Shown one piece after another: positions 1-13,480 of a stretch of 64,000 nt of DNA. The stretch's first letter is position 1. Each line of letters opens with the position of its first letter. The notes beneath the pieces were generated by a model, which was not told where the DNA came from, ran no database searches, and saw only the letters and a list, made by a program, of their open reading frames with translations. The translations under genes were made by a program, and so were the position numbers. The stretch comes from Mobula hypostoma (lineage: Eukaryota): contig NC_086108.1 in NCBI RefSeq assembly GCF_963921235.1, forward strand, positions 49,974,001 through 50,038,000, read 5' to 3'.

Positions 1-1035
1 GGGTCCCATCCCCCTCGCGAATTAGTTTAAACCCTCCCGAACCATGCCAGCGAACCTAACTGCAAGGATATTGCTCCCCCTTGAGTTCAGGTGCAACCCA
101 TCCAATCTGTACAGGTCCCATCTTCCCCAGAAAAGATCCCAATGATCCAAAAACCTAAAACCCCGCTCCCTGCACCAACTCCTCAGCCATGCATTCAACT
201 GCCATCTCCTCCAATTCTTACCATCACTGTCACGTAGCACTGGCAGCAATCCTGAGAACGCCACCCTTGAGGTCTTGTTCTTCAGCCTTCTGCCTAATTC
301 CCAAAACTAACACTTCAGGACCTCATTCCTCTTCCTGCCTATGTTGTTGGTCCCAACATGCATCACGACTTCTGGTTGCTTTCCCTCTCATACCAGGATG
401 TCGTGCACCCGGTCAGAGACATCCCGGACCCTGGCACCCGAGAGGCAATAAACCATGCGGGTGTCCTTCTCATGTCCACAAAATCTCCTGTCTGCTCCCC
501 TGACTATAGAGTCTCCAATGACGACAGCTCTTCTCTTCCCCATCCCACGCTTCTGCACCACCAGGTCAGACTCAATGCCGGAGACCCTGCCACCGTGGCT
601 CACACCTGGTCGGTCGTCCCCGCCAATAGTATCCAGGACGGTAAATTTATTATTCGGGGGAATGGCTACAGGGGTGCTCTGCACTACCTGATTGCTCACC
701 TTCGCTTTCTCCCCTCTGACTGTCACCCAACGACCTGCTTCCGACAGCCTAGGTGTGACTACCTCCCTGTAGCTCTCATCTATGACTGCCTCATTCTCCC
801 TCATGAGTCCAAGGTCATCCAGGTGCTGCTCCAGATTCCTTACACGGTCTTCCAGATCTCCCAGCCATATGTACTTCTGGCAGATGTGACTCTGCGGGAG
901 AGGGGCGTTCCCCCAAGACTGCCACATCTCACATGAGAGGCACATCACCATCTCAGGAGGCATTGTAAAGACTAACTGCGAGCAAGCTTGTCCTCCGCCT
1001 CTTCTCATCATAGCCTCAAATTTCCACTCCTTCAC
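1..1035 (-). mobile_element. CR1 LINE 5' part: ORF1 (Cys/His motif, coiled coil, SGNH/GDSL esterase domain) with two premature stops; element runs off the window start
   Basis: ORFs 388-1035 and 22-264 are in the same frame, separated by TGA (388-390) and TAG (307-309). Motifs: CLSC...HICQK, VIGDSIVRG, SGARV, HVGTNN, DGLHL, ending REGLN*, as in CR1 ORF1 esterases. Confidence 0.9.
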
Positions 1036-1879
1036 TGGCTGCTTTCCACAGGCTGCTTCGCTTGAGCAATTTTTTCAGGCTCACTTTAATTTCTGACTGC
1101 ATCTCAATTGCATCCCTGTCTGCAATTTCCATTGAAACAGTGATTTCCACTGCTCTTTGAAATAGTTAGGGGTTTTGGGTCTAAGTGTTCCTGCATTACT
1201 TTTACAATAGCAGCAAAGCTCATTTCTGATGATTTGGTTGGGACATACAGTTGAAACAAACTGCATGCCTTTAACCCTAATGCACTCGCTTCTCACTGGT
1301 TATTTCATTTGCTGTTCTAACTGCGCAGTATATGTGAGCCAATTGCCAGTTGTATAATCAAACTTGGCAATCTTTCCAATGTATCCAGCCATTTCTGATT
1401 TGTTTTAATGATTAGTTTCATGCAGTACTTACAGTTTATGAACCCTGAATTCTTTTATTTACTGCTTTAAAAAAAACTTGATTGTGTCTTCCCTTCTGAA
1501 GAACATGTGTTGGCTGTTTTTATTTTAAACTTGACCACCTGTCCATGTGCTGGGGTGACTTATTTACTCACCGATGCTCATACTGCGTTTTATTTTATTT
1601 CGAACGTTTTGCTGCGTTTGACAGGTCGGTAGCCATCTCAGGTTCATTTTAAAAAACCTCATCACCAATGCTGTTTTGTAACTTCCAAGCATTAAATTAG
1701 TTCAAAGGAAGACCAGAGAATTCAGGAATACGGGTCTAGCTTGAGTTTACTTTAAGCAAGATGTGCATGATGACAATTAACAAATTTACATATAATCCTA
1801 ATTAACTACTTAAATAACAAGAAGGCTTAATCAAACAATATACTGTACATACAAGAGCACTCAAATATTATTGAAATAT

Positions 1880-3330
1880 TAAATGCTGCCTTCGACTTCC
1901 CTTGTCCTCAGTGCCTGCCTTAACCTTTCTTTAGAATTACACTTCTTTGGGATGAACTGATCCTGCTTCTTTAGAATTACTCCCAGAAACTCCAGCCATT
2001 CCTGCTCTGCTGTCATCCCTGCTAGTGTTCCATTCCAGTCAACTTCAGCCAGCTCCTCTCTCATGCCTCTGCAGTTCTTTTACTCAACTGTAATATTGAT
2101 ACATCCAATTTTAGCTTCTCCCTCTTAAACTGCAGGGTGAATTCTATCATGAAGGGTTCCTTTTCCTTAAGCACTCTAATCAAATCTGGGTTCATTAATC
2201 AACACCCAATCCAGAATTGCCCTTTTCTGAGTGGGTTTAAACACAAGTTGCTCTGAAAAGCTATCTTATAGGTAGCTACTCTACAAATTCCCACTCTTGA
2301 GATCCAGTACACAATCTACCTGCGTATTGACTGCCCCCATGACTACCATCACTTTGTCCTTTTTGCATGCCCTTTCTATTTCCCGTTGTAATTCATACCC
2401 AGCATTTGGCAACTGTTCAGCAGACTGTATATAACTCTCATCAGGGTCCATTTACCCTTACAGTTCTTAACTCTTCCAACAAGGATTCTGCATCATCTGA
2501 TCTTTCAAAGGAATCGATTTCTTTTTTTTAATCAACAAAGCCACCTGAGCCTCATTGCCTACCTGCCCGTACTTTCAATATGACATGTACCTTTGGACGT
2601 TAAGCTCCCTGTTGTGATTTTCTTTCAACCACGACTCAGTGATTCCCTCAACGTCATACCTGTGAATTTCTAACTGCAGGATTATCTGCTTTATTTCAAA
2701 CACCTCATGCATTCAAATAGAACACTTTTAGTCCTATATGTGCAACTCTTCTTTTCAATTTTGTCTCCATGCTGCCTGAAATTAAATTTTTATCCCCTTT
2801 CTAAACTCGTCTTATTTGTCATTCTGTAGGCTTCAGCAATGTTTCCAGCACTGTCCTTCCCTTTTACTTTATCCATAGTTTTCCAATCTATTGAAACCAG
2901 CTCCCCCTGCCCCACCCATGCTACTTAGTTTGAAGCCCTATCCACAGCCCTTATTATACGATTCACCAGAACCCTGGTCCCAGCATGGTCCAGGTGGAGC
3001 CCAACCTGTCAGAACAGCTTTCTCTTTCCCTATTACTGTACCAATATCCCATGAATTCAGATCCACTTTTCCCACACTGAGTCACACATAGACCTCTGTA
3101 ATCTTATTAACCCTATGCCAATTTTCACATGGCTCAGGTAACAATCCAGAGATCATTACTTTTTTGGGTTCTGCATTTCAATTTAGTCCCTCTGCAGAAC
3201 CTCTTTCCTTGTTATTCCTCTGTCAGTGGTACCCATGTAGATCCATGGCGACTGGATCTTCCCCTCTCCCTCCAAATTTCTCTGCAGTTCAGATGAGATG
3301 TCCCAAACAAGGGCACCATAGGTTCAATAT
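1880..3330 (-). mobile_element. Degraded CR1 LINE fragment (end of ORF1, endonuclease and linker region of ORF2)
   Basis: ORF MREELAEVDW...QEWLEF is a CR1 ORF2 linker. Sequence is homologous to the CR1 at 24100-24460. Boundaries approximate. Confidence 0.75.
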
Positions 3331-3545
3331 CCCAAAATGTAGCTTGCTTTATTTGCAGGTCACCACCACATAGTAATTATGATTGTTCTATTAATGTTGT
3401 CTTAAAATTCCTATTATCTGGTCTCCTAGGGGCTAAAAGATTGAAAGGTTCTAATCTACATCCCAGTATCAGGGCTGGTATGGTCTCATGCTTAAAGTAT
3501 TACGATAAAGATGTGGATAGCAGACTGAAGGGATATTTAATTACA

Positions 3546-4502
3546 TGTAACCCACAGGTTCGGCTGGCAGCGTTAGTCTAGGCAAAGACAGTCTCCAGCC
3601 CCACCAAACTTGTGAAATCTCATTTGTGTGGATGCTGTGTGATGTGTTGCCCTGTTACAAATCCCAAGCGCAGAATATCAGACAGTACACCATATGCAAT
3701 TAAACGATTGAGCTTTATAATTCTTAATTTGACTATAGGGTTAGTAAAGAAAACAAAACTGAAGCAGGGCCCATTTTAATGAAACAGTCTAATGTGCACG
3801 TTGGAGCTCACAGTTTTCCGTCCATTCGTTCCCCAGCGATTTCCTCTGAGCATCATCCACTCCCGGACCCTCACTTCAAGTCCACTCCATCCTGTGGTCT
3901 ACCAGCTCTCTCCACTCATAGAACATAGAACATAGAATAGTACAGCACAGTACAGGGCCTTCGGCCCACAATGTTGTGCCGACCCTCAAACCCTGCCTCC
4001 CATATAAGCCCCCACCTTAATTTCCTCCATATACCTGTCTAGTAGTCTCTTAAACATATCTGCCTCCACCATTGACTCAGGCAGTGCATTCCACACACCA
4101 ACCACTCTCTGAGTAAAAAACCTTCCTCTAATATCCCCCTTGAACTTCCCACCCCTTACCTTAAAGCCATGTCCTCTTGTATTGAGCAGTGGTGCCCTGG
4201 GGAAGAGGCGCTGGCTATCCCCTCTATCTATTCCTCTTATTATCTTGTACACCTCTATCATGTCTCCTCTCATCCTCCTTCTCTCCAAAGAGTAAAGCCC
4301 TAGCATCCTCACACCTTCTCTCCTCATCTCTCACCGACAAAAGACCATAAATACCTCCTCTCAGACACACAAGAAAGAAACAACAGTCCCCTCATTGGAC
4401 AGCGCACATTCCAAAGCCCCCATTATCTCTAGTCATAACCCAAACACTGCTGCTACAGAGAAATCATTACATTAGCAGTGAAACCTTTCCCAAGGTATTA
4501 CA
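3546..4502. mobile_element. Probable solo LTR (~570 bp after removing the nested CR1)
   Basis: Inverted termini TGTAA...TTACA; flanks TACA/TAAA are an imperfect 4-bp TSD; no coding capacity. Confidence 0.5.
3917..4304 (-). mobile_element. Young 5'-truncated CR1 3' end, (CATAGAA)n tail on +, nested in the putative LTR
   Basis: ORF LGLYSLERRRMRGDMIEVYKI...FFTQRVV is the CR1 ORF2 C-terminus. Near-identical to 58345-58736. CAT occurs at both junctions. Confidence 0.92.
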
Positions 4503-6711
4503 TAAACATAAATTGAAAGAAAGACATCTCCTGAATGTTAGATTTTTTATCTGGTGTTTTGAGTATCAATTGGTGCCCTGCATTATGTAGATATGAATTA
4601 ATACAGCAAACATTCAAAGGATCTGGCAAGATCTATAGATATAAAAGCAGAATTATTTATTCAGATTGAGACCTTGAGGAAGATGTTATAAATAAATATA
4701 TAATCTCTGTAAAGGGTAAAATCAGGGAAAGGTATACCATGTACAATTCTCAGCTCCTTACAGCACCATGCATGTCAACAATTATCCTATGAAGTCAATG
4801 CAAAATCTGGAGCAAGAGCTCCAGTCTCCATTCATCAAGAGAGTCTGGAACAGGAGTTAAAGCTACACTCTACAGGAATATTAGCGCTTTGCCAACAGGT
4901 CTGTCCTCCAGCAAGACATAATAAGTACATAGTTGTAAAAAGTGGCCAAAGCTACCAAAGTACTAGAATGATCTACGTTTACCTAAATAAGAACTGATCT
5001 AGTCTGGCATATGCTCCTTAACTGAGTGACCACAAGAACAGTAGGGGGAACCATATGCTGATGAATAAAAATCAGGGTGTAATGATAAGGATAGAATGAT
5101 AGAAGTTTACCAGACTTGACTCTATCAGGGAGATTCATTTTCTGAGGTCTTCAAAAAAAATTATACTTTACATTACAGAATTGTTTTAAAAGGATAAAAG
5201 GTATCCAATTTATTTTTAATCTTCTTCATATGATAAAAAAAAACCCTTAAGATAGTTCAGAAGGAAGCCACCAAAATAATGTCTAAACCTCAGTTGCCTC
5301 AACTCAAGATGAATGTCTTTGGTGAATGGGAAGAATTTTTCCAGAATTAATAGAGGGGTATTCCCAAGATTTTGTTTCCTAACTTTAAAATTACTGTTAC
5401 TTAAGGCTTTAAAAATGGCTTGTCTGATTTCAAAACAGCATTGGATCTGTAAGCAGCTAAGTTATTTTGCTGGCTTAGTATCCAGAACTGGGAAAAACAT
5501 CACAGCAGATGCTGCTGAAGAAATATACAGTAATCCAATTTAGATGATGGGTACTGTTCCCTATAAACTGCATGGCTGCCCAGTAACAGAAATGCCCCCA
5601 TGCACATAGCCTTTGTTGCCATGCAACTGGAATTTTCTTTTACATAATGTTAATATAATTTTGAAGTTATGCTGATAAAAATTCAATATCTATGTTAATA
5701 TAATTGTGAAATACTCTGTAATTAATTATGTGTTAATGAATATAATCCTTAAAAGTTATAAATAATAAATGACACCCAACCTTTACTTTGTAACATTTTA
5801 AAGCTTCACCATACTTACATTGTCAGTGTTTCAAGTTAAAACATTGTTACAAATTGTAACACTCAACACAGAATGGAAGTTGGTAGCTGATTGTTAATAC
5901 TATAAATCGCTGGCCCACTGAATGCTGATGATGTCTAAGTTAAAAGTTCATGAAATTTTCTTTGTTGTACTGAATTTCATTATATCCTTCAATAAATACA
6001 TAAAATCAAATTTATTTGAATTTTCAGTTTTCATTATAAATATCATAGAATGCATATTACAAAAAACATTTAAAATGCCATGCACTTTTCAGGCTGTGTA
6101 AAAATTTCCTGCTAAAAGCAAAGGTTAGTCCATGCAACTGTAACAAAAATAGAGGGAATGCTGATGAAGAGGTACAATGTGGAAGATTGCTTAAAATCTT
6201 AAATTAATGGAGTCAAGAGAACACTGTCAGAATAGAAATAAGAATGTGTTTTATATCTGATAGGATAAAGATCATAAAATGAGTGTCTGCTACAAGAATT
6301 GCCTAATGCATAACTCCATCATATTTCAAATGGTTTGGTAATTAAAATATTCATATAACAAAATATTCATGACTATTACATGATTAATGTAAAAAGCACC
6401 ATGTCTTAACATCCACATCCTAGAAGTGGATTAATCTAAGGTACAACATGATTAGAACTGACCTCAGAACTCTCTCTTATAAATAGAAGTGGCAGATGAA
6501 AAGATCCCTTCCAGCAACCAATCAACCTTTCCATGTGCTTCCACTTAACTACTTCAGTAAAGAGCCACTGAACAAAATTACACCAGTTTAAATGGAAGTA
6601 GTTTCTATTACTAAATGGAACAAAGGGGTGCTGTATGACCAAGCAGCAGAAGAGTAACTTTACTCCTAAACGGAAGGTTCTACTGCCCATCCTGTAGCTT
6701 AGATTAATATC

Positions 6712-7436
6712 TTCAAAGTCAATGTCGAGTTAATTATCATATGTACAAGTGCCTGTTTGCACAGTGAAGTGGAAAACTTGCTTGCTGCAGCATCAAAGAT
6801 ACAAAGCATCAGATAAGCACCATTCACTAGAGAACATAGATTAAGCATAAATTATTCACAGGTTTTTCAAAAGAAAATACAAACAGAAAAAGAAGTCCAG
6901 TTCAGTGCAAAGTGCAAAGTAGTTATAGTGATGCTAAACAGTAGTGATTAGAGTTTTACAGTCGGTTGAAGAACTAAATGAGTGAAGGAAAGTAGTTGTT
7001 CTTGAACCTGGTGCCATGGAACTTCAGACTTCTGTACCTCCAGCCTGATGGTAGCTGTGAAAAGTTAGCATGACCCAGATGGTGAGAATCTTTGATGATA
7101 GATATTGACTTCCTGAGGCAATGCTTTTTGCATATATTAGAGTGGTGGTGAGGGATGTACGTGTAATGCACAGGGCAGAGCCCCCTGCTCTCTGAGCCTT
7201 CTTACATCCCTGCAGGTTTGAATTGCCACACCAAACCATGACGTAACCAGTCAGGATACTTTCAACAGTACATCGATAGAAGTTTGTTAGAGTGTTCAAT
7301 GATAAGCCAAACCTCCATAACATCCTGAGAAAGTAACGAAGATGATGATGCACTTTCCTTTCGATTGCATCTAGGTACTGGGCCCAGGACAGGTCATCTA
7401 ATATGTTAATGCTCAGGAATTTAAAGCTGCTGACTC
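6712..7436 (-). mobile_element. Rex1/Babar-type LINE 3' fragment
   Basis: Translations LTNFYRCTVESILTG and SIIKDSHHLGH...LPSGWRYRS...RFKNNYFP match the Rex1/Babar C-terminal region. Confidence 0.8.
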
Positions 7437-7614
7437 TTATTTAGTTTACTTTATATCGATTACCTAGATATTCCACTGAACATTTTTATTAGGAACAAAT
7501 ACAACAGAGACAATTACTCAAAATCTTTCAGCTTCTCTCATTGCAAATCAAGATCCCTATTTTAAAGATAGGTTCAAGTAGGAGGAGAAGCAAAAAACAA
7601 AATAATTACATCAA

Positions 7615-8200
7615 CTTACTTTAATAGAGTACCTTCAACATCCCAAGCTGATTCAATAGCACATTATCAATATAATTTGACAGCAATGCATGTGAGAAAC
7701 TATTAGCCAGCTTAAGTAGCCCTTGAGGATGCATCATCTGCATCTTCAGCAGAGAGGCTTTGGGAAGGAATTCCAGATCTAAGGGCCTTGGCAGTTCAGG
7801 ACATTGTCAACAATTGTAAAACAGCTGAAATTAAGCATTCTTTGGACACAGAACTGGTAGAGTGCTAATATCTTGGAAGGCTGTATGGCTGGAAGAAACT
7901 ACCTAACCAGGAGAATAGTGAAGCCATGGAGAGATCCAAATTGAGAATTTTAAAAGCAGGGTACTGCCTGGCCAGGTCACAGGGAGTCAAACTTCAAATG
8001 TCCTCAGTCTAGGGAGGGTGAAATAAGGGAGGGGTAAATTATAATGGTCAAATCTGGATATAGCAAGAGTGTGGATGAAAGATTCAGCAACACTTGAGCT
8101 GAGGCAGTGTTGGGTGATGTTGCAGAATGAAAATTGCCAGCATAATAATGATGTGGATATGTGCCCATTATTCATCTGTCAAAGAATGTACTGACAACGT
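7615..8200 (-). mobile_element. Old L2-type LINE 3' remnant
   Basis: AESFIHTLAISRFDHYN resembles the L2 motif AETLIHAFVTSRLDYCN. Highly degraded; boundaries approximate. Confidence 0.55.
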
Positions 8201-9586
8201 AAAAAAATATGGTTCAGATGCAAACAGTGGGGTATGGAAGCAGATTCCATAGGAGAAACAATAAAGCAGTAACTTTATCTCCCTAATACAGTATTTAGAC
8301 ACAGGAAACTGGAACATTGTGCACAAGACAAGCAGTTTGACCACTCTGAAGCAGTATTGGAGAGATAAGTCATCAATGACTTTACAAATGGCAAATAACA
8401 TTGCCTCTTTTGTCTCTTGCAGACGTGTATGAACTGATCATCTTGATATTGAAAGGATAGATAGAAAAGAAGCATAGTCTTAATTCTAATCAGTTTTAAT
8501 GCCCCAATTGTATAAGATTAATATGTTCAATTTTTAACAAAGGGTTATATTACCTTTAATAAAGCTGCTCTTTAGTTATATGCCTATAAATAAGTTATAT
8601 GGCTTGGTGAATAATAAGGCTGAATTTTGTGTTTTCATTATGTGGTTAAGTTGAAAAAGTTATAAAATTGTCTTAATTTGGGGCATAGCTTTTTCCCAAG
8701 ACCTAATAACAATCCATGAATTACAAGACATTCATTCTATTACAGCTTATTGCACAAAGCTCCACTTCCAATAGGATTCAGCTGGAGGTTGTGCATGTAA
8801 CTATCACCATTTCTATTCCGCTTACCTTCTGACACCACTTATGCCATGCATTTGTCCACTGCACTTCACCTCATCCATGAATATGCTGAGGACTAAATCT
8901 CTCTCCTTTGAATCACATAACACTTACAGAGTGCAGTGGCAAAGTGGAAAATGCCCTTCACAGGGCTGGAGGCCTGTTGCCAATTAATGCTTGAGCCAAA
9001 TTGTCAGGAATGGGCTGGCAGGTGCAGGATATTGAAATTATAATGTTGGAGACCGACAATTGTGTGCTCAAAATACCTGCATGAGGATGGCAATTGAATC
9101 TCGCTGTCACACTGCACCGGTTTGAAAAAGCAAGTGTTAACTGAATAATAGCTTCAGCATCCTATTAAGGACTAATCAAATGTCCAGGCAAATAGCTTTG
9201 AAAGTGAAGAAAAAATATATTGTCATCATTCCAATAATCCCAAATTCTGAAGAGTTGACTATACACTAATAAAGAGAAGACAAGAAAAGACCACAGATGC
9301 TGGTTTCCATACCAAAAAAACAATTTTCTGGTCCTGATGAAAAAAACCTCCCCCAGAGATATTGCTCAAGATTTTCTCTAACAGATTGTTCTCATTCACA
9401 CACTGATAAATATGTTTCTATTGTGTCTACAGGTGGTTAAAAGTAGTACTTATCAAGGCTCTACTACTGACTCTCAGATTACCTCTAGGACTGGCACCAC
9501 AATTGGAAATGAGGGCTTATAGTGGAACTAAACACAAGAGAATTAACACAGTGCAGTGACGTTGCCACTTAAGTACAGAGAACATG

Positions 9587-10220
9587 TATTCAGTGGTCAT
9601 TTTATGAGGTACACTGCTTGTTAACGCAAATATCTAACTAGCTAGTCATGTGGCAGCGATTCAATATATAAAAGCATGCAAATACGGTCAAGTGGTTCAG
9701 TTGTTGTTCAGACCAAACATCAGAATGGGGAAGAAATGTGATCTGAAAGATTTTGACGGTGGAATGATTTTTGGTGCCAGATGGGGTGGTTTGATTATCT
9801 CAGAAACTGCTGATCTCCTGGGATTTTCACACAAACTTGTCCCTAAAGCATAGGCTATGGACCAATACCATCAAGCAAGGGGTCTGTGGACTCCAGGTTA
9901 GGAACCCTTGCTCTAGAGTTTACAGAGAATGGTGCGAGAAACATCCAGTGAGCAGCAGTTCTGTGGGCAAAAAACATCTTGTTATAGAGAGAGAGGTCAG
10001 AGGGGAATGGCAAGCCTGGTTCAAGCTGACAGGAAGGCAACAGTAATGCAAATAACCATGCATTACAACATTGGTGTGCAGAAGAGCAGCTCTGAATGCA
10101 CAATATGTCTAACCTCGAAGTGGATGTGCTACAGTAGCAGCAGAAGACCACAATCATACTGTACTCTCAGTGGCCACTTTATGAGGTACATAAGGTACCT
10201 AATAAATTGGCCATTGAGTG
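9587..10220 (+). mobile_element. Non-autonomous Tc1/mariner deletion derivative with an extra internal TIR
   Basis: TIR-like TCAGTGGTCATTTTATGAGGTAC...GTACCTAATAAATTGGCCATTGAGTG followed by TA. Residual transposase N-terminus MGKKCDLKDFDGGMIFGAR...ISETADLLGFS. Confidence 0.8.
9836..9910. mobile_element. One-ended hAT(Charlie)-like MITE fragment inserted in the Tc1 derivative
   Basis: Ends in AGGTTAGGAACCCTTG, a TIR like that of the element at 40671, followed by CTCTAGAG. It interrupts the transposase frame. Confidence 0.55.
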
Positions 10221-10284
10221 TATATAGGCAGCCTAGGTGTGTACAATTGTGCATGTGATTGCTTTACTGCATAATCAGTAGGTA

Positions 10285-11184
10285 ATAGAAACATAGAAAA
10301 CCTACAGCACAATACAGGCCCTTCGGCCCACAAAGTTGTGCCGAACATGTCCCTACCTTAGACATTAACTAGGGTTACCCATAGCCCTCTATTTTTCTAA
10401 GCTCCATGTACCTATCCAAAAATCTCTTATAAGACCCTTTCATATCTGCCTCCACCACCATTGCCGGTAGCCCATTCCATGCACTCACCACTCTCTGCGT
10501 AAAAAACTTACTCCTGACATCTCCTCTGTACCTACTCCCAAGCACCTTAAACCTATGCCCTCTTGTGGCAGCCATTTCAGCCCTGGGAAAAAGCTTTTGA
10601 CTATCCACATGATCAATGCCTCTCATCATCTTATGCACCTCTATCAAGTCACCCCTCATCCTCCATCACTCCAAGGAGAAAAGGCCGAGTTCACTCAACC
10701 TATCCTCATAAGGCATGCTCCCCAATCCAGGCAACATCCTTGTAAATCTCCTCTGCACCCTTTCTATGGTTTCCACATCCTTCCTGTAGTGAGGTGACCA
10801 GAACTGAGCACAGTACTCCAAGTGGGGTCTGACCAGGGTTCTATATAGCTGCAACATTACCTCTTGGCTCCTAAATTCAATTCCACGATTGATGAAGGCC
10901 AATACACCGTACGCCTTCTTAACCACAGAGTCAATCTGCGCAGCCGCTTTGAGCGACCTATGGACTCAGACCCCAAGATCCCTCTGATCCTCCACACTGC
11001 CAAGAGTCTTACCATTAATACTATATTCTGCCATCATATTCGACCTCCCAAGATGAACCACTTCACACTTATCTGGGTTGAACTCCATCTGCCACTTCTC
11101 AGCCCAGTTTTGCATCCTATCAATATCCCACTGCAACCTCTGACAGCCTTCCACACTATCCACAACACACCCAACCTCCCCCAA
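10285..11184 (-). mobile_element. 5'-truncated CR1 LINE, (CATAGAAA)-type tail on +
   Basis: ORFs WAEKWQMEFNPDKC, LYRTLVRPHLEYCAQFWSP and RGDLIEV...FFTQRVV. Confidence 0.93.
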
Positions 11185-12719
11185 TGAAGTATTCTTTACT
11201 CTGCTAATAGTTTTCTATTATAGTATTCGTAGGGATGCATTGAATATTGCCAAAAGAGAGCACAAAAGCCCAAGCTACTGAAGGAAATTAGCTCTGAGAC
11301 CAAGTGCATATTTTTGTTTGATAAATCTGCTACCTCATGTGATTCCTTCACTGAAAGAATGCAGAAATTTGAGGGTTATTTTAATGAATGGAGGTAGCAG
11401 TTAATAACTATGTTGTTATGTTGATGCATTTACCCAGACTTCGTAACCTTGATGAATTCCTAAACTATAGTAAGGGATAGATTTATTTGTGGATTCAGCT
11501 GGGAATGGTTTGAGTCGAAGTTGTAATGCCCGATCTCTGATCTGGCTTGAGAAACAATGGAAATGGAACTGCCAGTGAAAATGACATGGAATTTTTATCA
11601 TCACTGAGCACAAACAAATATAAAGTCATAAGGTGGCGATGTTTGCTCTATGCCTAAGATGAGGACTACATTATGGGGGCACAATTTCATGCAATGGATG
11701 CAATGGCAAATCTGTCCCTTCAAGGGAAATATATGTCAGAAGAAGGCAAAGATGAACAGTTTCTAATTCCAAACCCAAAATAGTTAACTACAGCTGTGCT
11801 ATCAGAGAAGCCGTTACTTAAGAGGAAGTTTACTCGAAGGGAACAAAACAGAGAGGAACTTTGTGTAATGCTGAATCTACGTAGAGTACGAGCAGTAACT
11901 CTCCTCAGGATGCTGGCTTTCACTGTATTTTTATCCTGGACTGGTTTAACTCCACACGTCTTTCCATTAACTATTCCCTCACCCACTTTCGCAGTTGATA
12001 CAGATCCTTTTGCAGCCTTAGACAACTTTCTCCACTGTCCACTATATTAACAATTTGGGTGTCCTCTGCAAATTTACTAATCTCACTGACAAACTTACTT
12101 GGTCTTCGAGTGTAGGGAGATATCTACAAGCAAATGTTGTTGAAACCTCATTCCAAGGTCCAGAACTATGTGTTGAGGAAAGCACAGGACTCAAGTGCAG
12201 CCACAGCAAAGGCTCAGTGGAAAAGAACCACAGCACTGTGCGGGATCCTGCCACCTCTGACCGCTGAGGGGTTGGGTCTGCTGTAACAGCCTCCCAAACA
12301 CTTCGCTGATGCATTGTTTAAAGGAGGAAACATGAGTGGTGCTGATGCATTGTGAAGGAATATACCAAACTGACAGTACAATGGCTTGACGTGATTATAT
12401 TTATAGCATATATTATAAATAAATTTGGAAGAAGTATTTGGTTCACGTGGTAATGTTTTTTGTGCTCCTTTTAAATCAATTTGACCCCGTCTCCAGTCCT
12501 CACTTTAAACTTGTATGGCTCTGTTTCGCATACTAATTTTGAACTTGCTGGAGCTCTGCTTTCTGACTCTTTTAAAATAAAAGTAAGTTGAAAGTCATTT
12601 GGCATATTAAGAGAAAGAACATCCACAAGTCTGGAACATTTGCCAGTCCAACACACTAAAGTCCTGAGTGTGCTGGATTAACAGAACTTTACAATTGTGG
12701 AGAAACAAAAAAATGACAA

Positions 12720-13070
12720 ATTGGTTTATTATTGTCATGTGTACCAACATACAAAGAACTTTGTATTGTATGCCATCCATACAGATCATTTCATCACTTC
12801 AGTATACTAAGGTAATACAAGGGAAAAGCAATAACATAACGGAAGCTGAAGTGCTATTGTTACCAATAAAGTGCCGTGCGGACAATAATGTGTATAGCCA
12901 TGATGAGGTAGATTATGAGGTCAAAAGTCTGTCTTATCTTACAAGAGGTCTGTCTAATAGTCTTATAACAGCCATATAGAGCTGTCCTTGAGCCTGATGC
13001 TATGCGCTTTCAGACTTTTGTATTTTCTGATTGATTGGAAGGGGGAAGAAGAGAGATGTCATGGGTGAGT
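12720..13070 (-). mobile_element. LINE 3'-UTR remnant, probably Rex1/Babar-related
   Basis: GAGCTGTCCTTGAGCCTG...TTTCAGACTTTTGTAT resembles 6990-7040; AATAAA-containing tail on the minus strand. Confidence 0.5.
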
Positions 13071-13077
13071 CAGTAGG

Positions 13078-13480
13078 TTAATAATAAATGCCAGTGGATA
13101 GGTTGTCTCCTGACAGAGAGACAGAGTGATCCAGGAAAGGGAGAGAAGTATGAGAAGTGGTCCAAGTGAATTTGAGAGCAGGAACGAGGTTAACAGCAAA
13201 AGTGATAAAATGGATCAGGTTCCACAAGGGTACAGGGAGCAGCAGCAATGCAGTTGTCAACATAATGGAGAAAGAATTGATGAGTGGTGCCGGAGAAGAT
13301 TTGGAACAGGGACTGTTTTGTGTAGCCAATGAAATGACAGGTGTAGCTGGGATTCATGCAGATGCCCGCAGTGATGCCTTTGATTTGTAGGAAGTGAGAG
13401 GAAACAAAAGGGAAGTTGTTCAGAGTAAGAGCAAGTTTTGCTAGATGGGCAGGTGTGTTGTGGAGGGGCACTTCCCCAAG
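13078..13480 (-). mobile_element. Penelope-like retroelement reverse-transcriptase fragment
   Basis: LTLNNFPF..SHFLQIKG...PSYTCHFIG, HYVDNC (decayed RYIDD) and ALKFT...SLPFLD are PLE RT motifs. Confidence 0.8.

Noticed and set aside
358..936. 192-aa plus-strand ORF, and similar antisense ORFs within other LINEs
   Set aside because: Antisense shadow of retroelement coding sequence.
8827..8900. Minus-strand IFMDEVKCSG resembling an SRCR motif, followed by GTAAGC
   Set aside because: No other SRCR cysteines or tryptophans and no convincing acceptor; likely chance.
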